A DNA stretch of 64,000 bases from Callorhinchus milii (lineage: Eukaryota): contig NW_024704743.1 of assembly GCF_018977255.1 (NCBI RefSeq), positions 62,560,001 to 62,624,000 of the forward strand, written 5' to 3'. The position numbers and the translations under genes were made by a program. Under the pieces are notes generated by a model, which worked only from the letters and a program-made list of their open reading frames with translations, searched no databases and had not been told where the DNA came from. Of this stretch, positions 26,049-39,417 are shown piece by piece. The first letter of the stretch is position 1. Each line of letters begins with the position of its first letter.

Positions 26049-28010
26049 ACAACAACAACAACAACAACAAGATTCCATTTATAGAGCGCCTTTCACGTCA
26101 GGAGGACGTCCCAAGGCGCTGCACAGTTGGGTCATGACCCGAGCAGGGGGGAAATGGTCAGGGTGAGGGAGGAAGGGAGGGAGAGAGGAGGGGGAAATGG
26201 TCAGGGTGAGGGGAGGGAAGGGAGGGAGCGAGGAGGAGGAAGAGAGTCGAGAGGGGAGCTGAAGGCACGGTCAAAGAGAAAGGTTTTGAGACCGGCCTTG
26301 AAGGAGGAAAGGGAGGAAGCAAGGCGAAGGCACTGGGGGATGGAGTTCCAGAGCCTCGGGGCTGAGAGGCTGAAGGCCCGACCACCGATAGTAGGGCGGT
26401 TGGGGCGGGGGACGTGGAGCAGACCGGAGCCAGAGGAACGGAGGGTACGGGCAGGTAGGTAGGGGGATAGTAGGTTGGAGAGGTAGGAGGGAGCAAGGCC
26501 GTGAATGGCCTTGTAGGTGAGGATGAGGATCTTGAAATCAATCCTCTGGGGGATGGGGAGCCAGTGGAGGCGAGCGAGGGTGGGAGTGATGTGGTCCCGA
26601 AGCCTGGTGCGGGACAGTACACGAGCTGCAGAGTTCTGAATGACCTGCAGCTTGTGGAGGGAGGTGGCGGGAAGGCCGGCGAGGAGAGAGTTCCCATAGT
26701 CCAGCCTTGAGGTGACAAAGGCGTGAACCAGGGTTTCAGCAGCGTGAGGGGTGAGGTAGTGCCGTAATCTGGCGATATTCCGGAGGTGATGGAAGGCGGT
26801 GCCAGTTGTGGTGCGGATGTGAGGGAGAAAGGACAGCTCAGGGTCGAACAAAACGCCGAGGTTCCTGACTGGCTTTGAGAGGTGGAGAGTGCAGCCTTGG
26901 ATGCTGATGGTGTCAGCGCCTGAGGTGCGGAGGCGCTGACGTGAGCCAATCAGGAGGGCCTCGGTTTTTTGCACGTTGAGCTGAAGAAAGTTGTCTCTCG
27001 TCCAGGACTCGATGTCGGACAGGCAGGCTGTCAGGACATCGGTGGTCGTGGAGTTGAGAGTAGAGGAGGAAAGGTAGAGTTGGGTGTCATCCGCATACAT
27101 GTGGAAGTTAACCCCATGTTTGCGGATGATGTCACCAAGGGGGAGCATATAGAGGGTGAAGAGGAGGGGACCGAGGACAGAGCCCTGAGGGACACCACAT
27201 GAGACAGTACGGGGGGTGGAGGAGAAGCCATTCGTTGAGACGAAGTGAAGACGGTGAGAAAGGTACGACCTAAACCATTCAAGGACAGTGCCTTGAAAGT
27301 TGAGGTGGGAGGACAAGCGGTGGAGTAGGATAGTGTGGTCGACCGTATCGAATGCTGCCGATAGGTCGAGGAGGACGAGGAGACAGAGGGAGCCCTGGTC
27401 ACAGATGGTCAGGATGTCATTGGTGACCTTGACCAGGGCAGTTTCTGTGCTATGAGCAGCACGGAAACCTGACTGAAGGGGTTCAAAAAGAGAATGGGTG
27501 GAGAGGAAAGAGCGCAGTTGGGAGGCGACAACTCTTTCCAAGACCTTGGAGAGAAAGGGGAGGTTGGAGATGGGCCGGTAGCTTGATAGCTGCGACGCAT
27601 CAAGGGAGGGTTTTTTCAGGGTGGGCGTGATGATGGCAGTTTTTAATGGAATGGGGACAGAGCCAGAGGAGAGGGACAGGTTTATGATGTCAGTGATGTG
27701 TGGGGCAAGAAAATGGAGCTGGGAGATAAGGAGTGGAGTGGGGATGGGGTCAAGGGAGCAGGTGGTTGGTTTTAGGGATAGGATGAGTTCAGTGACAGAG
27801 GGTGGGGAAACGGGTACGAAGGTGTGTAGGGGAGGATGGGTAGGAGTCGGAGTGTGGGAGGGAAGGGGTGGGTGGTGGGTGGAAGTTGGAGGGGAAGTGA
27901 CCGCGGAGCGGATTCCCTTGATCTTGGATTCAAGGAAATCCAGCATCTCCTCGCAGTGAAGGTTGGAGGAGATGACCTGCGCGGGGTGGCGGGGGGGACG
28001 GAGGAGTCGG
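26049..28010 (-). mobile_element. L2-clade LINE, 5'-truncated, with an uninterrupted 581-aa ORF2 portion (reverse transcriptase)
   Basis: ORF 26201-27946 contains [45 protein letters not shown] and LHWLP. Ends in a (TTG)n 3' tail. Confidence 0.95.
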
Positions 28011-31000
28011 GATGTGGTGGAAAAACGTCACACTGTTACAGCAGGGTGCTTTTTTAGAGTTCTGGGCTGAAGTAGATTTTTGGGCTAGAGTAGAGGGAAC
28101 AACTTTGCTTTAAGTTTAGATGTGTGTTGATTGATACTACTGCTGGATCCCAAAAGGAGAAATGTATTTGATTTCATTTCCTTTCTGCAGCTCATTTTTA
28201 GACTTACTTTTTTTCAAAAAAAGAAATATTTTTTGCCTTTTAAAAAAAATCTAAAGGTAAAATTATTGTGAACATTAAGAATGATCCAACTCCTTTCCTG
28301 CTGCTTTAAGTCCCTATTTAAGGATAAAATTGTACAGATATTTTATTCAAAGTTGTTAAATAGGTTATGTAGAAAAGTGGAGGCATCAACACTGGTAATG
28401 AATAGACATTTTATCAAAATATTTTAATTAACTGTTTTGGCTTTCTCCCTTGCTTTTTCTTTCTTATTTAACAGATCAAAGACAGAATTTAAAAACTACA
28501 TCCATTGTGAATAGAACTACACCAAGAAAGATCAACACTGTTCTTAGGATCCAGCAGGCTAAGGAGCCTCTCTTCAGTTATTTTTCAAGATAGGATCCTT
28601 CAAGTGAATATATTCACCATACCTTTAATCATAAACACATTTAGTATAGAAATCCATCAGTATTGAAGCTTTTCCTTGAATTCTTGGTTCCACAGACACT
28701 TCTGGACAGAAACTGAGCTATGCCTCAATCTCTGTCCTTGGGAATTACAATCTCAACACATAGAACCATGGCTAGCTGGCTACTGGAAGCATTTTAATGA
28801 ACCCACCTCTTCTACACCTCTGGTTCTTTGACTTTTGGCTGGCTAGGAATTGTTTGTTCTTCATCTCATTTTTCTTTAACACAGATGTCAATTCTACTTA
28901 GCGCAATGTAGTGCCTGATATTGTTATCCAAGGTATTTGGTACAGACCTGGCTACTTTATTCTATAGTCTTGGCTGAACCATTGCTATGATGCAGAAATA
29001 TTAGCATAATTCTTTCTGAGATTCTATCCAAATATCTCTTTTTTTTAAGGTTGGCCTTACCATGTAGAAACTGCTGCCATGCTTAAAACTATCTGAACCA
29101 GACTACGAGTTTATACATCTATAAATATGCCATCTTCAAATGGAAATGCCACTGTCTGGAATGGAATGTGCACTCTCTTTGGAGGGTAGTAACATGCTAA
29201 TCTAATTCCAGAGAGTATTATGTGCAGGTTGGCAAGAGCTCAGATATATTTTGGGGTACTGCTGGAGTTTAACCAGCTAAAACCATACAGCATGCGATTG
29301 AAAGCACTGTCTGGCAATCTCCCTGCTGATTATCCACCCTTTCTATTCGGGCTTTAACTTGCAGGAATAAAAGGAGCTGAGGGGAAGAATCCATACTCCC
29401 AGTGCCTTTACAGGTCCAGCTAATAAGGCTGGCTGGTCTATCATCAGCAGTGCCCTGGAATACTGCACACCCATCTGGTATAGCTATAGAACTACTGAGA
29501 CCACCACAGAGGATTGACTCGACTCTGACATTCTGTTGCCAAGCATGTCACCAAGGAGACTCTACACTTGCATTGCTCTCCTCCACCCCCACCCCTCCGC
29601 CCCTGAGGATTGTATCCCAAATATATATGGATTGCATAAAGTTACTAAAGTCTCTCTGGATAATGTAGCCAGTGCAAGTAATTAAGAGGCCTTTCAATGA
29701 ATCATAAGTCTTAAACTTCTTTGCCAAAAAAGAAGTGGAGCACTGGTCATCTAATGGGTTCTGACTTGAAAGAAGGATGAGTACCTCTGCCATTCTTCCC
29801 AGAGTTTGTGGAAGATCCTTATCTGGATCTTGAGAGTAAGAAACCTGGAAAAGCATACATCTGTTGTGCCCCAGGTTTCAAGACACACACCAGCAAAATG
29901 ACAGTCATGCTAATCATCAAGTTTAACTCAGCGTACTTCATTTTCCTGTTGTCAATTTTCCTGTTATACTAAAGAAACAAGGAAAATTGATCTCTGTACA
30001 GGCATTGCTATGTGACGAAAATTTATAGCTCTGGGCTTGTATCATGATGCATCAGCCTGAGCCTTTATTAGGACGCAGTGAAATCGCTGTGCGTTTCACA
30101 GAGTAGTCATTTGTTTCAGCAAGTTCAAGAAAAGCATTCTTTGAAAGATGTCTATTTAGTCTCAAGTTGCAAAGACACTGAGAGATCTATTCAAGTACTA
30201 CTTTGATGTGCTTTGGGTAAGTTCTAACCAATGCAAATAATTTACCCATCACCATTCCTACCAATTTTGCTTACTTAAATTATCCTCTGTGGTACCTCGA
30301 GTGCACTCTATCGCCTAATTTTTTGATTTTGGGCTTCAGGACAAGAAAAATGCAACAACACAACTCCCTGGAAGGAAACCTAGAAGCTATAAATAACGTA
30401 TGAATACTGGGTGCACTACCTTTTGGTTGTGTAATCAATTTTATTTTTTTTAAGAAAGGCATCAGTTACTTAACAGTTGCCTATCCTACTTACTCAAGAA
30501 TATATTACATTAAATAATTTTCCTGTTGCAAACTGTTACAAAAGTTTGGACTTAGTGAAAAGATCAGATCCGTTTTGCACTTCACTTCAGGATTATATCA
30601 GTTAGTGACATACCAAAGCTCCATGCAGTTAAAAACTAGTTGTTTTTAGACTGTAAAGTGTGATCACTAAATATTGCTTCATATTTCTGATGACCCTTTA
30701 GACATTTTTCAATTGATTGTATCAATTTTGAAGAACAAAGGAATTGTTAGGTTTTCCATGCTTCTAGAGTTTTGTGTGTCATCAGAAAACATTTTCTAAG
30801 ATTAAAGGCATTTGCATTTACATTGTCTATATGATTGGTTGTTGTTGACATATTCTCAAAAGTAACATCAGGATTTTGAACTTTAGGCTGCCACTCCAAT
30901 GCAGTGCTGGAAGAGTGCTACATTGTTGGAAGTGCCATCTTTCACAATAAGATATTAAACTAAGATCTTTTCTGCCTGTTCACATTGAAATTACAAATCA

Positions 31001-32889
31001 TGGCACTATTTGAAAAGAAAAGGGATTTCCTCCCTGTGACCTGGACAACAATCTCCCAGATCAAATCGATCACTCACATTGCTGTGTGAAAATTGCTGCT
31101 TTTGCCTTCAAAATACACAGTAACTATACATTAAATCCCATGAAGCTCTTTGAGATATCCTCCCAGTGGGAAAGTCGCTATGTTAAATATAAAGATTATT
31201 GTCTTTTTCAACATTTTATTCTGATCGGCAACTGGAAGAAGTTTGTTTTCCCACTAACTTAATATGTGGTTCAGCCAGGCTCTCAGTTCCAAATGGGATG
31301 ATACAGTCAAATGTAAATGGCAGGAAATGCAAGATGTTGCTGGGTCCATGAAATAAGATATTGCATTATGTAGTATGGCCCATCATCGCTTTCATAATTT
31401 TGACGTTGATGATGTTGCTGAATGACGCATGTAGGACACCAGCTGAGAGCGCTTCCAGTGGTTGCCCGGATGTTGCTAATTCCAAGTGGGTATGAGAAGT
31501 TGCCCAGTCAGCACTAGAAGTCTGCCTATTTCCAGTATACTGGGAGTCCACAGTACACCTGTTTTCTATATAGAGGGGTGTTATAGTGATGAGTCCAACA
31601 ATTAACTGTAAAGGACGCTTTTCTTCCAACTTGTTCATCAGTTGGAAGTGAAGGTTTTCACCTTCGTGCTTTGTTTCTTACGTGAATTTTGAAACGTGCA
31701 CAAGAAAGGTTTGAACTGCAAATGGCCATTTGATCTCTTGTTTCCAGAAAACCTTACCTTTTTCATGTTACTCCATCGAGCTGTTTCTTAAGTGAGACCA
31801 TTGCTCTGATCTCTACTACCCATCATTGTATCTTGTTTCAGCTGGCCCTGAGAAATAGTCGCCAGCTGAGGCAAGAGACAGCTGGTATAAGAAATACTTC
31901 CTTGTGTTTGCCCCAAAATTAACTTTCACAACCGTGGAAGCAGAAAATGTTGTTTGTTTCAAGAACAAATGACATAGATTTCTGTTAGAAAATAATATCT
32001 TGGAATACAACATATGGGACATGACATGTCAAGTGACTGCAAGGATGGTGGAAGGTGAACTGGGTGCACCTTGGTCGTTTTTTGCCTCGCAAATTCTTAG
32101 TTCTAATCTGAACCTCTACTCTCTTGGCCTCTGCCATGGTGCACCTGGGATTCTTAAGGCTGAAGAATCGTAGCCAATCTAGCCATTTTTATAGATCATC
32201 CCTGTTTTAACACTGAATCAAACTAGTTGCACTGTCTATGCCTGTGCAACTTCCTTAAGTTGTCACGTCAAGAACTGTACACAGTGCTCCAGATGCAGCC
32301 TGGCCCGAGTACTGTACAGTTTGAGCAGATTGACTTCTGGGGGATTTGAAATGAACTGATTTAGCAATAATAATTGCATTTAGCAATACAGTCCAACAAC
32401 TTGTCTGCCTTGTTCATTTTAGCATTGGACATGGTGGGCAGTGAATCAACTAATGCTCATAGGTCGTTTTCAACTTTCCCCTTAGCAATTTGTATTTCTC
32501 TTAGTCTTACATTCTGTATGAATTAGCTTGTGTTTGTTTGTAGTGAGGTTCATTCATGTCTCTCTACATATGTCTGTTTGGACCTATATCTGTGTTTGCA
32601 CTTGGATGCCAGTTATGGTCCTAATATGGAGAGTTTTGGAAGTTTTTCAAATCTATTTTTGAGTATTATACTCAAACTTCATTAATTATCATTGATGAAT
32701 ATAGCGAGAGAACCCATGAAGTGCTATTATACCTATGATTTTTGAGTCTAGCGTAATAGAAATTCTATATACTGTTTTCTTTTGAACTCTCCAGCTTATC
32801 TTGACAGCACCTATGAGGGAAAATGGTACTTCAAAGAAATACCCTTATTGCAAAGTTTTAATAAACAAACTAAAATGTTCATTCATTTT

Positions 32890-33236
32890 AGAGCTTAGCG
32901 GTTAGAACACTTGCCTCATAAGCAAGAGGACCTGGGTTCAATCCCTTGACAGGATGAAATGTTGTGTAAGTTTCCTTACTCCAATTCCTCTGTTTACAGA
33001 AAGTGGGAACCTGGTTGTTAGTCAATTGGCGGATCGCTTTCCCAGGGGTAATAATCTCTTTAAAAAATAATAATATGGTCACTCAATCCATGACTGTTTG
33101 TGGGACACTGCTGTGCGCAATTGGCTGCCGCGTTTTGCCACAAAATACACAGTCAATTCACTACAGAATATTCTGTGAAGCGCTCTGAGTCTCAAAGACG
33201 TGATAAAACGCTTTATAAAATGGAAGTATTATTATT
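32890..33236 (+). mobile_element. tRNA-derived SINE (long subfamily)
   Basis: Head, ctctgtttac segment, Deu-like body and tail. Confidence 0.85.
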
Positions 33237-34139
33237 TTAACCGTAGGATTTTATGTTTTTAGAATTCCACTAAGTGCGTCAAGTAGAGGAAAGTTACACT
33301 TTATTTATGAAGAATTGTCTTTCACCTTGAGAATCATTTTCTGATGGTCCAGCTTGCCTTCCTATCAAATGCTTTTCAAATAATTCTCCATTTTCAATTG
33401 CACTATTTGTAGGATGTCATGAGTGGAATGGAAAACTGGACATCTTTCTGCTTTCCTCTTTGGTCACTTTCCATGCCGTTTCTTGGATACTTAAGAGAAT
33501 TTTTTTTTTTTTAAAAAGCAACCATTTAAAGGCTACAGTTCCTAAATTAGACATACGCTTGACATACACTTGAAAATTCAATTGCTGTGAAAGGTTTTGA
33601 TTATTTCAATAAAAACAAGTCACAGATGTATTTTGTGTGCAATGGAGAAGCTGGACATCAAATCCATTTGGGATCTGACTTTGTTTTAATGCTTCTGTGA
33701 ATGCTGTGATGTAATACTCTTCTTGGGATAAAGGTATTACATTGCATTGCCTTCGGATATCTTTCCGATGTGACAGGTGCTACATAAATGTAATTTTCTT
33801 GTTATTTTAAATGGATTACCAAGGTTACTTGAACTGTAAAAATAGCAGTGAACTTCATTTTCTGGTAGTTCAAAAATAATCGGTAATCTTAAACTATTGC
33901 TGGGTTTCCTTTTACATAAATGGATCTGAAATCTGTTTTATGAAACTGAACTGTAGTATCTGCATAATACTTGCTGTATTAAGTGGTATAATGAAAGGAC
34001 CTGGGCATTGCCATTGAAAGATCTGCCAAGATCTAATACACTTTTGGAACAGGCTTGATGGGCTCAATGGTCTTCACCTGTTTCTGTTTTTCTATGTTCA
34101 TATTGCGTTTCAAACATTTTTTCCTTGCCAACTTCAAAG

Positions 34140-34263
34140 GACCCACCAATGAGGTTATCACTGGATCAGGGAAATGCAAGATACTTCAAATCGCCGGATG
34201 ACTATTCCAGATATAAACCTGATGTGTCAGCTGCAGATCTACAAGATTCAGAAAGCCGCAGAG
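34140..34263 (+). CDS. Gene R exon F: DPPMRLSLDQGNARYFKSPDDYSRYKPDVSAADLQDSESRR
   Basis: Pyrimidine tract then aaag acceptor, GAG|GTAAAT donor, 124 nt, phase 0-1. Confidence 0.75.
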
Positions 34264-34589
34264 GTAAATTAGATTTGAAAATTATCTGCAGCATCTGTTT
34301 ACAGGTTTAACAAAAAACAGATTGCCTCTTGCACCTCATCTGTGCTTTTGCATTTATCAATCCAGCATTTTATCTGAATTTGTTCAATTTGGATTTCCAG
34401 CTGAGTGTGTTAAGTTTTCCTGTTGACGACATTTGAATGTAAGCTTCACCCGCCTCCTCCAGCCTGTGGCCCATTAAGATGCAAATTGCACTCTGCCGTT
34501 ACATTGTTCTCAAAATAATGTCAATCCTTTCCAACAATTCCTGGAGTGGGTTCAGGCATGATTTCTTGAGAGCAGCACTCTCTTAATGT

Positions 34590-35091
34590 GGTTTCCTTCC
34601 TGTAACGAATGTATCATTTGCCGCCCCCATTCTTACCCGAACCAAACTCCGCTCCCCGATTACCCCAGTCCTTGCCAGACTGCACTGGCTGTTTGTCCCA
34701 GAGAGGATCGACTTCAAGATCCTCACCCTTGTCTTCAAATCCCTCCACTCCTCTGCAACCCCCCTACCTCCTTGACCTCTCTCCTCACAACATTGCCCGT
34801 TGTCTTCGCTGTACCGGGACTGGCCTCCTTTTTGTCCCCCGAGTCCTCCGCTCCACCATCGGCGGCTGTGCCTTCAGCCAATATGCCCGGAGGCTCTGGA
34901 ACTCCCTTCCTCACTCCCTTCGCTCACACCCTCTCCTCACTTTCAGGTCGCGGCTGAAGACCTTTCTTTTCGACCGTGTCTTTGGTCACCTTCCTACCCC
35001 TCCCTGGTTCGGCCCCGGGTTCCGTTACTGTGAAGCACTCTGAGATGTCGTCCGGTGTGGAGGGCGCTATATAAATCCAAGTTGTTGTTGT
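34590..35091 (+). mobile_element. L2 3' fragment
   Basis: IGGCAFSQYARRLWNSLP...LKTFLFDR followed by the tail. Confidence 0.85.
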
Positions 35092-36349
35092 ATCATTGCA
35101 GACTCTCAAGAAAGTTCCAGACTGAGCTCACATGCAACTAGGCTGACTGAGGCAACTCCACAGTTTGCTTATACTTGCCAGTCTTAATGTTGCCATCTTA
35201 AATATCACTTGTGGGAAATGATTGTTCAGGTATCTGTGAACATTGTTCCTTGCAATCTCTGTTTATTCTTCTTGTGCAGTCACAACTTTTTAGTCCAAAT
35301 CCCTAAAAGTTCCAACAGACAAAGGGTAGTTTGAGGGATGGTAACACCATTGGGGATAATCCAATTGCCTTTTCCCAATATCCTGGATACTTCTCATCAG
35401 CATGATTGAGAAAGAGCTTATCCAGAATTTATTCTTCTCAGTGAAGAAGACCAAGGTCATAATGCAGAGATGAATGTGGTAAAAGTTTAATGTCTTTTGA
35501 CCACTTTAATGTACAAGTATTTTCAATCTTGAATTGGAACACCTGAGAATCCCAGACTGGGAGAAATTGATGCTGCGTGTGACCTTCTATACTCATTGAA
35601 GCACAGTTTTCTATACTTTGCAATGACTGTATTGATGGAACGTGTGGTTGTCCAGGAAGTTATACCTGGACAGATGGAGGAGGGTGGAGAAAAGCAGTTC
35701 CCTGGGAACCTATTCAATGATTTATTTTAAGGCTCTGTCAGCAGAATTCACTTCTGTCAGAATTTTCGCTGTCAAATACAAAGGAAAAGCCCATATTGTA
35801 AAGGCATCTTATAGCATTACAGTAATGTGATGCCTCTTAAATAATGGGTCTAAATTTTATTTGATACAGCATACTGACTGAAAATTGTTTCCCACTCGGT
35901 GGGAAAGATAAAATGTGGTTTCTAAGCACAATCTGCTTCAGACATGAAGAAACCACCTGGACAATATTATTCAGAGCTGAACTTGCAATTGTAGATATCA
36001 GTTGATGAGTGTAACTGGGGATATCAAACCACTTTGGCTAATTTTCCTACACTGCCATACTTGTGTGTTTTGATTCCCAAATGTTGCTCATAGCCTGATG
36101 ACAGTTTGACCATTGGCAAGTGGCCTTTTGGAAGACGTCAAAGACTAATCTGCTGCACAGAGTTCTGAACCAATAAGGTTTTTGTAAAATGAGATGGCTT
36201 TGAGAAAATGGTTCCTTCTCTGTCAGCTCAAATACACTGAATTCAATCAAAGGCCCCTAAAAGAGAGAGATCCAGCAAAGTTGTGCTAGAAGCCAATACC
36301 GCTATTCAATTCCTTTAGACCTTAACGGATATTGCCACTTTCCTCTCTG

Positions 36350-37662
36350 TGATTGAAAACCAGTTTCGGTCCAGGAAACCATGATCATGAGACCGCGTTT
36401 GTCAAAGTCACAAACAGCATTCTCTCTAGCTGTGACCATGGCTCCCTCTGCCACCTCGTCCTCCTGGATCTCTCTGCTGCGTTCGACACCGTCGACCACA
36501 CCATCCTCCTCCACCGCCTCTCCTCCCTCATCTACCTTAGTGGGACCGCATCGCATGGTTCGAGTCCTACTTAACCAACCACCTCCATTTCATCTCAGCA
36601 AATGGTTCTTGTCCCAACCCTGGCTGGTCACCTGCAGGGTACCCCAGGGCTCCATCTTTAGCCCTCTTCCTTATCTACATGCTCCCTCTGGACGATGTCA
36701 CCCACAGACACGGTGTAAACTTTCACATGTATACGGATGACACACAAATGTACTTTGCCTCCTCCAGTACCAACTCCAGGTCTGCCAGTGTTCTATCAGC
36801 TTGTCTGGCAGATATCAAGGCTTGGATGAGTGTAAACTTCCTGAATATGGACAAGACAGAAGCCATACTCCTTGGCTCCTGTCAACGTCTTCACTCCTGT
36901 GGATCTAAACTCCTCAACCTTCCTAGGGTCTCCTGCAAACTCACCGAACCAGTGTGCAATTCAGGAGTCCGGTTTGATCCCCATTTCCTTCCTCTCCCAC
37001 ATCTGGTTCCTGACCAGGACTGCTGTCTTCCACCTCCACCAGGTTGCTCGCCTCCAATTGTACCTTACCCCAAATGCAGCCAAAACCCTTGTGCATGCGT
37101 TTGTCACCTCCTGCTTGGATTACTCCCAACACACTCCTCGCTGGTCTCTCCAGCTCCACCATTCACAAGATCCAGTTCATTCAAAACTGCTGCCCACATA
37201 ATGACAGGGAACAAACTCCGTACTCATATCTCACCAGTTCTGTCAAGGGTCCACTGGCTCCCCATCACCGAACGGATCGACTTCAAGATCTTCACTCTCG
37301 TGTTCAAATACATTCACCATCTGGCACCTCCCTACCTCTCCGATCTCCTCCCTTCCCAATCCACCACCCGGCGGTTCTGCTCGACTGGCACCAGCATCCT
37401 ACTCATCTTTCGCACCCTCCGCCCCACTATCAGAGGTCGTACTTTCAGCCACTACACTCCAAGACTCTAGAACACTCTTCCTCACTTCCTCCGCCTTGCC
37501 GTCTCTCTCCCCTCTTTCAAGTCCTGCCTGAAGACTTTCCTGTTCTACCGTGCTTACAGCCACCACACCCCTCCCCGCGGGTCGGAGTCAGGCTCCGCTA
37601 CTGTTAGCGCTCTGAGACGCTACCCTGCGTGGAGGGTGCTATATAAGTGCAAATTGTTGTTA
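36350..37662 (+). mobile_element. Degenerate L2 LINE 3' fragment
   Basis: Frameshifted [27 protein letters not shown] and HWLP motifs. L2 tail ending ttgttgtt. Confidence 0.9.
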
Positions 37663-39265
37663 TGATGGATTGCTTCTTGTATTTTGATGGGAGATAATGC
37701 AAATTTTAAGGCATCTTGCCTCTGATATTGTGGGGCTGGCCAAAGGATATGAAGAGAGCTTGGAAAGTTAATTAGACTTTCCATCATATCGAAATGGCTG
37801 AAGGGCCGAGCGGGTACAGGGTTTATTCCGGTATCTATTACTTGCCACGGAGACAGATGGATTTAAACCCATCTGGAATCTAGAGATGCAGAACAGATTC
37901 CTTGGAATGGAAATGTTCATTCAGGTCAATTTGGGCTTGTAACACCCTAAGACCACAACCTGAAGCCATGTATATGAGATGCAGGAAGTATCTTCTCTTT
38001 CAAATGGCCAAAATAAAGGCAATTTCTTTCATGTTGATGCACCGATTTCTTGTGTATCCTTAGCATGGCAACCTTTATCCAGTTCCATACACAGATGCTG
38101 CCCCTCATTGTGATCTTTCTAAATTATGCCAATGATCACTTGACAAGGCTTCCCTGTGAACAAAGTGATACCTGCAACTTCCCTGAGATATCATGTTCAT
38201 TGATGCCTTTTGCCAGGTGGGCACAGGAATGGTCTCCTACATAACATTTAATTTTGTGTAACCTTTTGCGGCTCAGAATAGCTCAAGAGCATTATTACAT
38301 AATTTTCCCAAAATTGTTTCAATCAGTCAAACTTTAGAAATCATTGGGTGGCAATTTCAGATTTCCTTTTTTTACTTATAGCTTTGATGCTTTATTAATT
38401 TTAAAGGATGATCTAACACTTTTGTTGGGTGTTTTTTGAGGGTCAGCTGGGTGTCTGACACATTCGGAAACCCATCAACATACTTAAGAGTATCCAAACC
38501 AAACTGAAAATTCCAGGCATTCCACCTAACCGTGGAAATCCCAGAGAGAGATTGTTGGAATGGAATGCACACTCTCTCCCTGGAGGGACATATCCTGCTT
38601 ACCTAATTCTGGAAAGCATTCGGCACAGGTTGGCAAGAGCCAAGGCTTGGGGACCCCAGCGTGTGGTTGGGGTACTGCTAGAGTTTAACTAGATAAAACT
38701 GCATAGCCTGCCATTGACATTGCTCTCCGGCATGCCTTCCCAAGGCTTGTCAAGCTCGGATTACCCTATCCGTTGGGCTTTGTCTTGCAGGTTTAACAGG
38801 AGCTGAGTGGGATGATTCCCTGCCCTCAGTGACTGGTCTCCCTTCCAAGTCCTGCCAATGCCAGGGCACTGCTGATGACAGCACAGGCTGGTTGTGCTGT
38901 TATCAGCAGTGCCCGAGAATACTGTGTATCTGCCTGGCTCAGGGACCGAACTATCGAAACCGCCACAGAGGGCTATAGCTCGATTCCGACATTCCGTTGC
39001 CAAGTATGTCACCGTGGAGCCAGTTCATCTCCAAGGAGATCCCCCCACCCCACCCCTCCCTTGCCTCCCAAGAATAATAGTCACTCGTCCCTTGTTGATG
39101 CTGAAATTCCAATGAATATTTAATCTGAAGACTTGGAAATGCAAGTGAAATTGTCTTGTCCCTTTAAATGTGATGTTTCGGCATGAAGCCTGGCATTACA
39201 GTTCTTTCGGTATACCAAAATCTACTCAGCTTTTGTCTTGGTTTTCTGCATTCTGTATTTTCCAG

Positions 39266-39417
39266 GTGGCTGTGACTGGAAGCAAGATGCACCGGCAAAT
39301 GTGAGACCTCCACTTGATCATCCATCATATGTTTCCTCTTCTACTTCTGCTAGGGATTATGCTTCCACTTCAAGCAGAGGCTATGAATATGATTTCAGAT
39401 TTCAAATCCAGAAATAA
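39266..39417 (+). CDS. Gene R terminal coding exon G: GGCDWKQDAPANVRPPLDHPSYVSSSTSARDYASTSSRGYEYDFRFQIQK*
   Basis: tattttccag acceptor, phase 1, stop TAA followed by TGA. The spliced CDS from ATG 17881 is 2115 nt (704 aa plus stop). Confidence 0.75.

Noticed and set aside
26158..27959. Additional ORFs overlapping the L2 element
   Set aside because: Alternative-frame and antisense shadows of the L2 ORF2.
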